Assembly (NCBI GenBank): GCA_024235935.1
Contig: JACKLL010000016.1
Span: 9,436 to 73,435 of the forward strand
DNA: 64,000 bases
Direction of reading: 5' to 3'
Origin: Rhodoferax sp.
GTDB taxonomy: Bacteria; Pseudomonadota; Gammaproteobacteria; Burkholderiales; Burkholderiaceae_C
A model generated the notes under the pieces. That model saw nothing but the letters and a program-made list of their open reading frames with translations, had not been told where the DNA came from and ran no database searches. Shown here in pieces: positions 9,530 through 19,346 of the stretch (position 1 is its first letter; each line of letters starts with the position of its first letter). The position numbers and the translations under genes are program-made.

Positions 9530-10468
9530 TCAGTCGCGTGCTGATCCAAGGCGCAGGTCAGCAGCCTGCGGGAGGCGCCGACGCCCTCTCCATCGAACCA
9601 GAACGAGACCCGCACTCAGCATCAGCCAGACTTCAGGTTCCGGCACTGCCGCCACGCGGTAATCCAAACCGGATGCGGATTGCACCGCGAAGTCCTGCAC
9701 TTCGACGCCGTTGACGGACAGGCTGTTGATGCCGCCCCAATAGACGGTATTGCCGAAGCTCGCTTCGCCGGTGGCGCTGCCGCTGATCACCGCCGAGTCC
9801 GACCGCTCCTGGTAGCCATTGGCGGTCCCGTTGGCGCTGACGATCAGGTACATCGAAAAACTGCCCGCCGCATAGCCGGTGCTGTCGAAGCTGATGGTGA
9901 TGTCGATCGGAATACTTTCGCCCTGCGCATGCGATTTGTCCAGGTAGCCACTGGTCCCCACCGTCCAGTTTCCCGACTGATCGAAGTTCTGTCCGAAGAA
10001 GCTGCCCTGTAACTGGTAGCTGGAGCCTGCAGCGTTGGAGGCAAGCGGCGACCCTGTCACCTGCGACAGCAGACTGCCCGACACGACAACCATCCCTTGC
10101 AGTCGTGCACTGCTGTTCGGCGTTCCTGAGAACCAGAGATGGTCGGTCAGCGTTGCCTGGGCCTGGGAACTCGCGCCGCTGGTTTCTTTGCTGCTGGTCG
10201 CATTGAATTGGGCGCTCGCATGGATCGCACCCAGACCGGCGGACGCTACAGCGGTTGCGGTGGACCCTGTCGACACCGAAAAGCAGTCGCGTGCGACCGC
10301 GACATTGCTGGTCGCAAGGCCGCTGGAGCAGGAGATGCCGGTGTTGCCGGTATGGGTAGACGCAGAGACTGCGTTGCTCGCCTGCTCCAGCGAAGGCGCC
10401 GAAAAGGCAGGCCCGGTTGCCGCAAATGCAATGGCCAGCAATGCAAGCAATTGGCGGAGCGGGCGCAT
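9530..10468 (-). CDS. PEP-CTERM sorting-domain surface protein, Ser/Gly/Ala-rich
   Basis: N-terminal signal peptide; C-terminal VPEPEVWLMLSAGLVLVRWRGRRR; AAGGAG RBS. Confidence 0.85.
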   Translation of the reverse strand: MRPLRQLLALLAIAFAATGPAFSAPSLEQASNAVSASTHTGNTGISCSSGLATSNVAVARDCFSVSTGSTATAVASAGLGAIHASAQFNATSSKETSGASSQAQATLTDHLWFSGTPNSSARLQGMVVVSGSLLSQVTGSPLASNAAGSSYQLQGSFFGQNFDQSGNWTVGTSGYLDKSHAQGESIPIDITISFDSTGYAAGSFSMYLIVSANGTANGYQERSDSAVISGSATGEASFGNTVYWGGINSLSVNGVEVQDFAVQSASGLDYRVAAVPEPEVWLMLSAGLVLVRWRGRRRLPQAADLRLGSARD

Positions 10469-10597
10469 GAATCTCTCCTTGGAGTGATCCCGCAAGTGTA
10501 GGAGGGCGGCCAGGCCCGCACAATATGCGGCACCCCTTCAAATATGCGTTCCCCCTCCAACAGGGGGGGGCACAAAGGCGCTGCGGCAAAATGCCGC

Positions 10598-11788
10598 ATG
10601 CGCTTTTTCCGCGATCTGAATCTGTCGGCCTTCACGGCCGGTTTTGTCGCCGTGCTGGTCGGCTTCACCAGCTCGGTGGCCATCGTGTTCCAGGCGGCGC
10701 TGGCATTTGGCGCCACACCGGCCCAGATCGCCTCGTGGATGTGGGCACTCGGCCTGGGCATGGGCTTGTGTTCGGCCGTGCCCTCGTACCTGTGGCGCAA
10801 GCCGGTCATGGTGGCCTGGTCCACCCCCGGCGCGGCGGTACTGGCCACGGCCGGGGCGGCGGGCAGCTACACCATGCCCGATGCCGTCGGCGCCTTCATG
10901 GTCTGCGCCGCGCTCATCATCCTGTTCGGCGTCACCGGCTGGTTCGAGCGCGTCATGAACCGCATCCCGATGGCGATTGCCTCGGCGCTGCTGGCCGGCG
11001 TGTTGACCCGGTTCGGCCTGCAGGCCTTCGTGGCGGCACAGACCGCGCTCGGTCTGGTGTTGCTGATGCTGGCCACGTACCTGATCGGGCGCAGGTTGAT
11101 GCCCCGCTATGCGGTGGTGCTGACGCTGGTGCTGGGCATCGCCTATGTCGTGGCGCGGGGCCAGCTGGTACCTGCCGCCATCGAGGCGGGGCTGGCCCTG
11201 CCGGTGTTCGTGATGCCGCAGTTCAGCCTGGGCGCGGCCGTCAGCCTGGCAATTCCGCTGTTCGTCGTGACCATGGCGTCGCAGAATCTGCCGGGCGTCG
11301 CCGCCATCCAGGCTGCCGGTTACGGCGGGCCGAACGGCATACCGATTTCCAGAGTGATCACCCAGACCGGTGTCGTGACGCTGCTACTGGCGCCTTTTGG
11401 TGCCTTCGCGCTGAATCTGAGCGCCATCACGGCGGCGATCTGCATGGGACGCGAGGCGCACGAGGATCCGGCCAAGCGGTATACCGCGGCGGTCTCCTGC
11501 GGCCTGCTGTATGTGCTGATCGGGCTGTTCGGTGCTGCGGTCACCGGGGTGCTGACGGCCTTCCCCCGGGAACTGGTGGCGGCGATCGCCGGACTGGCCT
11601 TGCTGGGCACGATCGGCAACTCCCTGTCGACAGCCTTGCAGGACGAGCGCCATCGGGAGGCTGCCTTGATCACCTTTCTGGTGACGCTCAGTGGCGTCAC
11701 GCTGCTCGGCGTCGGGTCTGCGTTCTGGGGGGTGGTGGCCGGCAGCCTGGCGATGCTGGCGCAGCACTATCGGCGGCGCCCGGCCTGA
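10598..11788 (+). CDS. benE: BenE family benzoate/H+ symporter-like transporter
   Basis: AWSTPGAA, VTMASQNLPG, NLSAITAAIC, REAALITFLVT, SAFWG. Confidence 0.88.
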   Translation: MRFFRDLNLSAFTAGFVAVLVGFTSSVAIVFQAALAFGATPAQIASWMWALGLGMGLCSAVPSYLWRKPVMVAWSTPGAAVLATAGAAGSYTMPDAVGAFMVCAALIILFGVTGWFERVMNRIPMAIASALLAGVLTRFGLQAFVAAQTALGLVLLMLATYLIGRRLMPRYAVVLTLVLGIAYVVARGQLVPAAIEAGLALPVFVMPQFSLGAAVSLAIPLFVVTMASQNLPGVAAIQAAGYGGPNGIPISRVITQTGVVTLLLAPFGAFALNLSAITAAICMGREAHEDPAKRYTAAVSCGLLYVLIGLFGAAVTGVLTAFPRELVAAIAGLALLGTIGNSLSTALQDERHREAALITFLVTLSGVTLLGVGSAFWGVVAGSLAMLAQHYRRRPA

Positions 11789-11945
11789 GCGGTACACCTA
11801 CGCGGCTGCATCGATTCCACAAGCCCGGGTCCGGCAGAGCCTGGCCAGTGTCGGCACAATAGCGGCTTTCCGACCCGTCACTTCGGCATGCCGCGACACT
11901 GCCCGCAGCCGCAAGGACCCACCGGGCCTCGCAGCCCCAGCCGCC

Positions 11946-12908
11946 ATGCATATTCTTTTCGTCGCCGATCCCCTCGAAACCTTCAAGATCTACAAGGACA
12001 CCACGTTTGCGATGATGCGCGAGGCACAGCGCCGCGGCCATACCGTGTCGGCCTGCGAGGTGACCGACATCGCCTGGACCAGCGGCGGACGGGTGCGCGC
12101 GCAGGTGCGCGACATCGTGCTCACCGGCGACCCGCAGCGCTGGTTCGATGCCGGCGCCACCGGGCTGGACCGCCGCCCGAGCGAACTGGCGGACTTCGAC
12201 GCCATCGTCATGCGCAAGGATCCGCCCTTCGACTCCGAGTTCTTCTACGCCACCCATCTGCTCGAGCAGGCCGAGCGCGAGGGCGCCCGAGTCTTCAACA
12301 AGCCGCGCAGCCTGCGCGACCATCCGGAGAAGCTGGCGATCATGGAGTTCCCGCAGTTCACCGGGCCCACGCTGGTGACGCGCAATGCGCAGGATGTGCG
12401 CCAGTTCCATGCCGAGCACCGCGACATCATCCTCAAGCCGCTCGATGGCATGGGCGGAACCGGCATCTTCCGGGTGCGCGACGACGGCATGAACCTGGGC
12501 TCCATCATCGAGACCCTCAACCGCGACGGTGCGCAGTCGCTGATGGTGCAGAAATACCTGCCCGAGATCGTCGCAGGCGACAAGCGGGTCCTGCTGATCG
12601 GCGGCAAGCCGGTGCCGTATTCCCTGGCGCGGATTCCGCAGGGCAGCGAGATCCGCGGCAACCTGGCGGTGGGCGGCAAGGGGGTGGCGCAGCCGCTGTC
12701 CAGCCGTGACCGGGAGATCGCCGAGGCGCTGGGCCCGGTGCTGGTGGCGCGGGGCCTGCTGCTGGTGGGTGTGGACGTGATCGGCGACTATGTCACCGAG
12801 ATCAATGTGACCAGCCCGACCTGTTTCCAGGAGATCCATGACCAGGCCGGATTCGATGTGCCAGCCATGTTCATCGACGCGCTGGAGGCCGCTTCGACAG
12901 GCGGGTGA
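11946..12908 (+). CDS. gshB: Glutathione synthetase
   Basis: KDTTFAMM, MRKDPPFD, KPLDGMGG, GDKR, RGNLAVGG, TEINVTSPTC. Confidence 0.96.
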   Translation: MHILFVADPLETFKIYKDTTFAMMREAQRRGHTVSACEVTDIAWTSGGRVRAQVRDIVLTGDPQRWFDAGATGLDRRPSELADFDAIVMRKDPPFDSEFFYATHLLEQAEREGARVFNKPRSLRDHPEKLAIMEFPQFTGPTLVTRNAQDVRQFHAEHRDIILKPLDGMGGTGIFRVRDDGMNLGSIIETLNRDGAQSLMVQKYLPEIVAGDKRVLLIGGKPVPYSLARIPQGSEIRGNLAVGGKGVAQPLSSRDREIAEALGPVLVARGLLLVGVDVIGDYVTEINVTSPTCFQEIHDQAGFDVPAMFIDALEAASTGG

Positions 12909-13061
12909 CGGAGGCTGGTACGGGGGCCTGTGGGGCACTGAACTCTCGGTGCCAGGGGCCCCGAGGCTCTTTTGTCCTACACCCCGGCGTCTCTGTCGCT
13001 GTCTTCGCAGGCGGCGCTCCGACATTAAGCTGAGCTGCACCTGAACTTTTGGAGAGCAGCA

Positions 13062-13136
13062 ATGAATACCATCATCTATATCGTCGGTCTGGTCGTCGTC
13101 ATCGGCGCAGTTCTGGGCTTCTTCGGCCTGCGTTGA
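13062..13136 (+). CDS. 24-aa single-transmembrane microprotein MNTIIYIVGLVVVIGAVLGFFGLR
   Basis: GGAGAG RBS just upstream of the ATG; host-like GC3 codons; one hydrophobic helix; below the ORF-track length cutoff. Confidence 0.75.
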   Translation: MNTIIYIVGLVVVIGAVLGFFGLR

Positions 13137-13206
13137 GTCCGTGGCTGGCGCCTGGCATAGCGGCCGGGCGGACTCAGCCGCGCGGGGAGACGACGTGTGC
13201 AGGCGC

Positions 13207-14019
13207 TCAGCCGGCCGCCACCCGTGCGAGCCGGCCGTCGGGCTGCGGACAGCCTTCGACAAAGGTCATGAACTGACCGGGTTCGAGGGCCGTCCAGTTC
13301 TCGTTGGTCGTGAGCGGCTCGGTGACGACAATGGCCAGCCGGTCGTCCGGGCCGTTGTGCTCGGACAAATCCATCTTCATGTCGTCGTCGCGCAGATGGA
13401 CTTCGGTGAACGGGTACTGGCGCACCAGGTAATGCAGCTTGGTGCTGGCATGGGCCCACAGCGCCTGCCCGTTGCTGAGCAGGAAGTTGAAGGTGCCGTG
13501 CGACGCGATCTGCGGCACCAGCTCCTGCAGTGTCAGGCTCAGCTCGGCCACGCTGGGCACGCCGGCATGGGATTTGACGAGCTCCTGCATCAGCCAGCAG
13601 AACGCCAGCTCGCTGTCGGTATCGCCCACCGGGCGAAAGTTGCCGTGCAGGGTAGGGGCGTAGTTCTTCAGGTCGCCGTTGTGGGCAAACACCCAGTAGC
13701 GGCCCCACAGTTCGCGCACGAACGGGTGGGCGTTTTCCAGCGTGATTGCGCCCATCGTGGCCTTGCGCACATGGGCGATCACGTTGTGGCTCTTGATCGG
13801 GAAGCTGCGCAGCATGTGCGCCAGAGGCGATGTGGCGGCGCTTTCCTTGTCGACGAAATGGCGGATGCCGCGCCCGGGTTGTTCACCCTCGCTCTCGAAG
13901 AACGCGATACCCCAGCCGTCGGCGTGGTGGTCGGTCAGGCCGCCGCGGCGGGCGAATCCGGTAAAACTCAGATTCAGGCTGGCCGGCAAGCGGCTGTTCA
14001 TTCCCAGTAATTGGCACAT
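13207..14019 (-). CDS. yafJ: Class II glutamine amidotransferase (YafJ-like)
   Basis: MCQLLGMN with Cys2 nucleophile; DGWGIAF, AHVRKAT, HPF, FAHNG, GDTDSE. Confidence 0.88.
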   Translation of the reverse strand: MCQLLGMNSRLPASLNLSFTGFARRGGLTDHHADGWGIAFFESEGEQPGRGIRHFVDKESAATSPLAHMLRSFPIKSHNVIAHVRKATMGAITLENAHPFVRELWGRYWVFAHNGDLKNYAPTLHGNFRPVGDTDSELAFCWLMQELVKSHAGVPSVAELSLTLQELVPQIASHGTFNFLLSNGQALWAHASTKLHYLVRQYPFTEVHLRDDDMKMDLSEHNGPDDRLAIVVTEPLTTNENWTALEPGQFMTFVEGCPQPDGRLARVAAG

Positions 14020-14123
14020 GGCGCGGATGTCATGGAAACGCCGGCTGCCCCTGCAGACGGCATGACATGGGACGAGTTTATCCCCGGGCACCGCACAGGC
14101 GCGGATCAATTACCACAAAGTTG

Positions 14124-15611
14124 TTACGGCGCGACGTCGGAGGGGCTCTTGAGCGGGGCCCGCAATTGCCAGGCGGCAAGCATGGCCAGCACACACAGAC
14201 CGGCAAGCATGACGAAGGACTCGTTGAAGGCCGCCAGCCGCGCCGGGCTGCTGGCCAGCGTGGCCAGCGAGTCTCCGTGGGCCGCGAGCCGCCACTCGAG
14301 CACGATGCCGCACAGGCTGACACCGGCCGACCCGCCCAGCATGCGTACGAAATTGATGGCGCTCGCGCCCTGGGGAATCAGGTCCTTGTGCAGGCCGCGC
14401 ATGGCACCCAGGTTCAGCGACGGCAGGATGAAGCCCAGGCCGATGCGCCCCAGCACGGTGAATGCGACCACATACCAGATCGGCGTATGCAGATGCACGA
14501 CGAGGATCAGCGCGAATGACAGCGCCAGCAGCAGCAGGCCCAGGCTGACCAGGATGTGGGTGGAATACCGGTCGGCCATGCGCCCGGCGACGGCAATCGT
14601 CGCCGCCAGCGCGACACCCGACGGAAGCAGAATGCCGCCCACATACGAGGGCGACAGTTGCAGGCCGAGCTGCATGTAGACCGGCAGCAGATAGGTCGAG
14701 CCGAACAAGGCCATGCCATAGATGAAGGCCACAACGCTGCCCATCGCAAACCGGCGGTCGGCGAACAGCGCCTGGTTCATCAGCGGCGAGCCCGCCTCGC
14801 CGCGCGCCATGGCCTGGCTCAGTCGGCGCTGGCGCAACACGAACCAGATGATGATGGCAAGCGCCGCTCCCAGCACGGAGAAAGTGCTTGCCGTCAGGCC
14901 CTGGTGCAGTTCGACCAGGCCGTTGAGCAGGAACAGCGTTCCCGCACCGGCCAGCAACAGGCTGGGCCAGTCCATGGCGGCGGCACTGCGGCTGGCTGCG
15001 GCGCCGCCGGGCGCGGACGTCGGCACGTAGCGCATCGACATCCAGATCGAGGCCAGGCAGAACGGCACCACCATGAAGAAGATCGAGCGCCATCCGAACA
15101 GGTCCACCAGCACGCCGCCGATGCTGGGCCCCAGCGCCGGCGCCAGCACCACGCCGGTGCCGAAGATGCCCATGGCGCGGCCCTGTTCATGCGGCTGGAA
15201 CGCCCGCATGATGATGATGGCCGGTATCGGCTGCACCACGCCGGCGGCCAGGCCTTCGGCGACCCGTGCCGCCAGCACCAGAGGAAAGCTGGTGGCAAGC
15301 CCGCCTGCCACGCCGCCGAGCAGCAACAGCCACATGGTGCCGGCATAGGTGCGCCGGTAGCCGAAGCGTCCCAGCATCCACGGCGTGGTCAGCATCGAGA
15401 CGGTCATCGCCATCATGAAGCCCGAGGCCACCCACTGTGCGCGCTCCTGGCCGATGGCGAAATGGTGGCTCAGGTCGGGCACGGCCACGTTGATGATGGT
15501 CGACGACATGATGGCCGCGACCGAGCCCACCATCACGGCGAACAGCAGCAGCCAGCGGTAGCGCTCGCCGAACTGCGCCTGCAGCTCCGGCAGGGTGCTG
15601 GCGCGCGTCAA
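14124..15611 (-). CDS. DHA2 family MFS efflux permease
   Basis: About 14 TM segments; TIINVAVP, LAPALGPSIGG, WRSIF motifs. Confidence 0.88.
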   Translation of the reverse strand: MTRASTLPELQAQFGERYRWLLLFAVMVGSVAAIMSSTIINVAVPDLSHHFAIGQERAQWVASGFMMAMTVSMLTTPWMLGRFGYRRTYAGTMWLLLLGGVAGGLATSFPLVLAARVAEGLAAGVVQPIPAIIIMRAFQPHEQGRAMGIFGTGVVLAPALGPSIGGVLVDLFGWRSIFFMVVPFCLASIWMSMRYVPTSAPGGAAASRSAAAMDWPSLLLAGAGTLFLLNGLVELHQGLTASTFSVLGAALAIIIWFVLRQRRLSQAMARGEAGSPLMNQALFADRRFAMGSVVAFIYGMALFGSTYLLPVYMQLGLQLSPSYVGGILLPSGVALAATIAVAGRMADRYSTHILVSLGLLLLALSFALILVVHLHTPIWYVVAFTVLGRIGLGFILPSLNLGAMRGLHKDLIPQGASAINFVRMLGGSAGVSLCGIVLEWRLAAHGDSLATLASSPARLAAFNESFVMLAGLCVLAMLAAWQLRAPLKSPSDVAP

Positions 15612-15672
15612 GATGTGCGCATCCGGTGGGTCTCAGGTGGTGCGCCGCGCGCTGTTGCCGCGCACCTGTTGC

Positions 15673-15864
15673 TCAGTCCCGTGGTTCGGACCACAGCTTT
15701 CCACCGGTGGCCCAGTTTTCGCGCTTGACGTCGGTGATCAGGATGTCGACCGACTCCGGCGATCCGCCCAGCACCTCGACGGTGATGCGGGTGATCTCCT
15801 GCACCAGTTTCTTCTTCTGCTCGACGGTACGGCCTTCCATCATCTCGATGTGGTAGGTGGGCAT
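15673..15864 (-). CDS. 4-oxalocrotonate tautomerase family protein
   Basis: 63 aa; catalytic N-terminal Pro (MPTYH), GRTVEQK, NWATGG. Confidence 0.92.
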   Translation of the reverse strand: MPTYHIEMMEGRTVEQKKKLVQEITRITVEVLGGSPESVDILITDVKRENWATGGKLWSEPRD

Positions 15865-15929
15865 GGGGACTCCTTGTCAAAATAGGGGGGTGCAACAATG
15901 CAGCGGTACGGCGCACGCCGCAGACACGT

Positions 15930-17117
15930 TCAGGCTGGCTCCGTCGCTGGCGTGCTGGCCGGCTCGTCGGGCAACCAGGCCACGATGAAGGCCGAGCAGC
16001 AGGCGATCAGCGCCATGGCAAACAAGAGGCTGTCGAAGCCGGCAGACTTCACTGCCGGACCCAGCGAATATACCGCCAGCGAGGCAACCCCGAAGGACAC
16101 CGCCAGGCGCATGCCCGCGACACGCGAGCGATAGGCGTCGTCGACATACCGCACCACCATGGCGTCGGTGAACGGTATCGCGCCGAAGATCGTCACCATG
16201 AAGCCGATCTGCAGGCAGAACAGCCACCAGCCCTGGGCCTGGGCCGCGAGCAGGAACATCGGAATCTGCATCAGCACGATGGTCAGGTACAGGCGTTTGA
16301 TCGCGAACCGGTCGATCAGCCGCCCGACGATGAGCTGTGCAAACGACGATACCGCGTATACCGCGGCCAGCATCATGCCCAACTGGGCCGGGTCTTCGAC
16401 GATGCCGGCAAAACGCTCGCGCATCAGCTCACCATTGCCATTGGTGGTGAAGTTGAACAGCAGGCTGCTGGTGATGGCGGCCAGTGTCATCACCGTGAGC
16501 ATCCGGGCCATCTGTGACTTTGCCAGGCCGACCCTGGCGCGGGTCGTGCGCCGCGCCGGCGACTCCGTCTCGGCCGGCGCCATGCGCAGGAACAGGTAGC
16601 CGCAGGCCAGCGACAGCAGCCCGGGCATCACGAAGGCGGCCCGCCAGCCGATGTACTTGACCATGAAGCCGGTCAGGATGGCCGCGAAGGCAATGCCCAT
16701 GTTGCCGGCCAGGCCGTTGATGCCGATCGTCAGCCCGGGGCGCGTCGCGTGCTGCAGCAGCATCGGAATGCCCACCGGGTGGTAGATGGCCGAGAACAAG
16801 CCCAGCACCGACAGCGCAACGGCCATCTGCCAGGCGTTCTGCGCCAGCGCACACAGCAGTGCCGCTGCGCCCATGCCGAAAAAGAACACCAGCATCATGC
16901 TGCGCCGACCCCACAGGTCGCCCAGCCGGCCCGCCGGCACCGAACCCAGGCCGAACATCAGGAAGGCGCCGGCGCTGTAGGGCATCAGGTCTTCCCAGCG
17001 CGCGAATCCGAAGTCTGCCGCGACGCTGGCCACGGCGGTGGCGAAGATCAGCAGGAACATGTGGTCCAGCGCGTGGCCCAGGTTGAGCAGGAGCGAGGTG
17101 CCGCGGTGGAGCTGCAT
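15930..17117 (-). CDS. MFS transporter
   Basis: Start MQLHRG; GRLGDLWGRR, AIYHPVG, GRLIDRF. Confidence 0.87.
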   Translation of the reverse strand: MQLHRGTSLLLNLGHALDHMFLLIFATAVASVAADFGFARWEDLMPYSAGAFLMFGLGSVPAGRLGDLWGRRSMMLVFFFGMGAAALLCALAQNAWQMAVALSVLGLFSAIYHPVGIPMLLQHATRPGLTIGINGLAGNMGIAFAAILTGFMVKYIGWRAAFVMPGLLSLACGYLFLRMAPAETESPARRTTRARVGLAKSQMARMLTVMTLAAITSSLLFNFTTNGNGELMRERFAGIVEDPAQLGMMLAAVYAVSSFAQLIVGRLIDRFAIKRLYLTIVLMQIPMFLLAAQAQGWWLFCLQIGFMVTIFGAIPFTDAMVVRYVDDAYRSRVAGMRLAVSFGVASLAVYSLGPAVKSAGFDSLLFAMALIACCSAFIVAWLPDEPASTPATEPA

Positions 17118-17307
17118 GGTGTGTGCGGGTTGCGTTGATGGACGGATTCTCGTGTACACGGGCACGCCGTGCGCAGAGCGGCACATTGCCGCGTGACGGC
17201 ATGCCGGAGCGGCTTGCCGGCCTATGCCCTTGCCGGTCTCGCCGCGCCGGAATGGCCGCTGCGCCGGTCTGACCAGCGTCGGGCACAATGCCGGGCTCTC
17301 CCGAGAC

Positions 17308-18717
17308 TTGTCCGATCCTGCCGTGCGCCGCCTGAACTCCCCCGCTGTCCGAGCCGAAACCGCTGCCTTGTGGGCGATCGCCTGGCCGATCCTGATCGGC
17401 CAGCTGGCGACCGTGGGCATGGGCGTGGTCGACGTGGCCATGGCCGGCCATGCGTCGGCGCAGGATCTGGCCGGCGTGTCGCTGGGCGTGTCGATCTGGC
17501 ACCTGGCCATCATCACGCTGATGGGGGTGCTGATGGCGGTCAACCCCATCGTCGCGCAGCATGTGGGTGCGCGCAGTGTCGGCCAGATTCCGCATGTGGT
17601 GCGCCAGGCCTTGTGGAACGGCCTGGGGCTGGGGCTGCTGGCGATGGTCGTGGTCAACCTGGCCGCGCTGGTGTTCAACAGCATGGACATCGAGCCGCAG
17701 GTGCGCGCGGTGGCGCGGCAGTTCGTGCTGGTCATCAGCCTGGCGCTGCCGGCCTTTTGCTGCTACCGCGTGCTGTATGGCTACAGCGCCAGCCTGAACC
17801 AGACCAAGCCGATGATGCTGATCGCGCTGCTGGCGCTTTTGCTCAACATCGTCATCAACTACGCGCTGGTGTTCGGAAACTGGGGTTTTCCGCGCCTGGG
17901 CGGTGTCGGCTGCGCCTGGGCCACCTTGCTGTGCGTGTGGTTCGATCTGGCGGCCATGGTCTGGTGGATACGGCGTGCGGCGGCCTACCGCGACACCCAG
18001 CCGCTGACCGCCTACGAGCCTCCCGACGGCGCCCAGATTCGCGTGCTGCTGCGCATCGGTCTGCCGATCGGCGTGACCTACTTTGCCGAGTCCAGTGCCT
18101 TCAGCCTGATCGCCCTGCTGGTGGCCGGCTTCGGCACCGCGCAGGTGGCCGGTCACCAGATTGCGCTGAACTTCTCGTCGCTGGTGTTCATGGTGCCGAT
18201 GAGCATGGGCCTGGCGCTGCTGACGCGGGTGGGCCAGGCGCTCGGGGCACGGGACATGCACGCTGCACGTTTTCGTGCCTGGCATGGTGTGGGCCTGTCC
18301 TTTGCGGCGGCCATGGTGTCGGCAGTGCTGATCTTCCTGTTCAACCACCGTATCGCCGGCGCCTACACCAGCGATGCCGCGGTGGCGGCCGTGGCCGCGC
18401 ATCTGCTGCTGTTCGCCGCCTTGTTCCAGTTGCCCGATGCGGTGCAGGTCTCGACCAGCTGCGCCATCCGGGCCTACAAGGTCACGCGCCCGCCGATGGT
18501 CATTCACATGACCGCGTTCTGGGGCATTTGCCTGCCGCTGGGGGTGTTGCTGGGTCTCGCGCCGGGCTGGCTGCCATGGCATCCGGTGCAGGCCATGGCG
18601 GCGCAAGGGTTCTGGATTGCCCTGGTGGTGGGGCTGTCGATTGCAGCCGTGGGCCTGGTCTGGTTGCTCGACCGGCTCTCCCTGCAGTGGCTGCATGCCG
18701 CTTCAGCAGCGCGTTGA
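17308..18717 (+). CDS. MATE family efflux transporter (NorM-like); start uncertain, ORF open from 17224
   Basis: VDVAMAGH, PRLGGVGCAWAT, IGLPIG, AGHQIALN, RVGQALG. Confidence 0.88.
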   Translation: MSDPAVRRLNSPAVRAETAALWAIAWPILIGQLATVGMGVVDVAMAGHASAQDLAGVSLGVSIWHLAIITLMGVLMAVNPIVAQHVGARSVGQIPHVVRQALWNGLGLGLLAMVVVNLAALVFNSMDIEPQVRAVARQFVLVISLALPAFCCYRVLYGYSASLNQTKPMMLIALLALLLNIVINYALVFGNWGFPRLGGVGCAWATLLCVWFDLAAMVWWIRRAAAYRDTQPLTAYEPPDGAQIRVLLRIGLPIGVTYFAESSAFSLIALLVAGFGTAQVAGHQIALNFSSLVFMVPMSMGLALLTRVGQALGARDMHAARFRAWHGVGLSFAAAMVSAVLIFLFNHRIAGAYTSDAAVAAVAAHLLLFAALFQLPDAVQVSTSCAIRAYKVTRPPMVIHMTAFWGICLPLGVLLGLAPGWLPWHPVQAMAAQGFWIALVVGLSIAAVGLVWLLDRLSLQWLHAASAAR

Positions 18718-18774
18718 CCGAGGGATTCAACGTTGCACGGCCTTGGCCTGCGCCAGGGTCGCCCCCGGACCCGG

Positions 18775-19164
18775 TCACCTGGGCCGGACTTCGGAAAAGG
18801 TCACGGTGCTGCTGAAGGGGAGCTTGTCCCACATCCCCTCGCCGCACACGAATCTGCCGGAAGCCTGCTGGTAGTACGCCATGCCCTGCACACCGTCGGC
18901 AATCGCCTCGGCCTTGTACCAGCCGGATGATGACGTGTACAGACGGCGGATGTGCGGCAGCTCCGTGAACTTTGTCACCACGGGGGGCCGGTAGCCGTCG
19001 CGCACCAGGCTGCGTTCGTAGCGACAGCGTGTGCTGACCAGCTGCGCCATGCGCATGGCCGTCGCTCGGTCGGCCTCAGGGATATCGCGGCTGTCCTTCA
19101 GGTCCGGCGTCACGGAGCATGCGGACAGGCTGGCAAGCAGCAGCAGGGCAATGCCGTTGCGCAT
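18775..19164 (-). CDS. Hypothetical lipoprotein
   Basis: MRNGIALLLLASLSAC with LSAC lipobox; GGGGAG RBS. Confidence 0.7.
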   Translation of the reverse strand: MRNGIALLLLASLSACSVTPDLKDSRDIPEADRATAMRMAQLVSTRCRYERSLVRDGYRPPVVTKFTELPHIRRLYTSSSGWYKAEAIADGVQGMAYYQQASGRFVCGEGMWDKLPFSSTVTFSEVRPR

Positions 19165-19346
19165 GGGCGGTTCTCCCCTTGGCGTATGAGGCCGCGCAGG
19201 TGTCGGCGGCGACGATGCGCATTTTGCAGTCCGGAGGCCCGCCGCGCCAACCTTCAAACAGGGGATGCGCAGCATCTGCCAGCCGCCGCGCGCTGCTGCA
19301 GCATTCACCCGTGCCGGCCAGCGGGCCGCTGACCGGGTCGTGGCGC

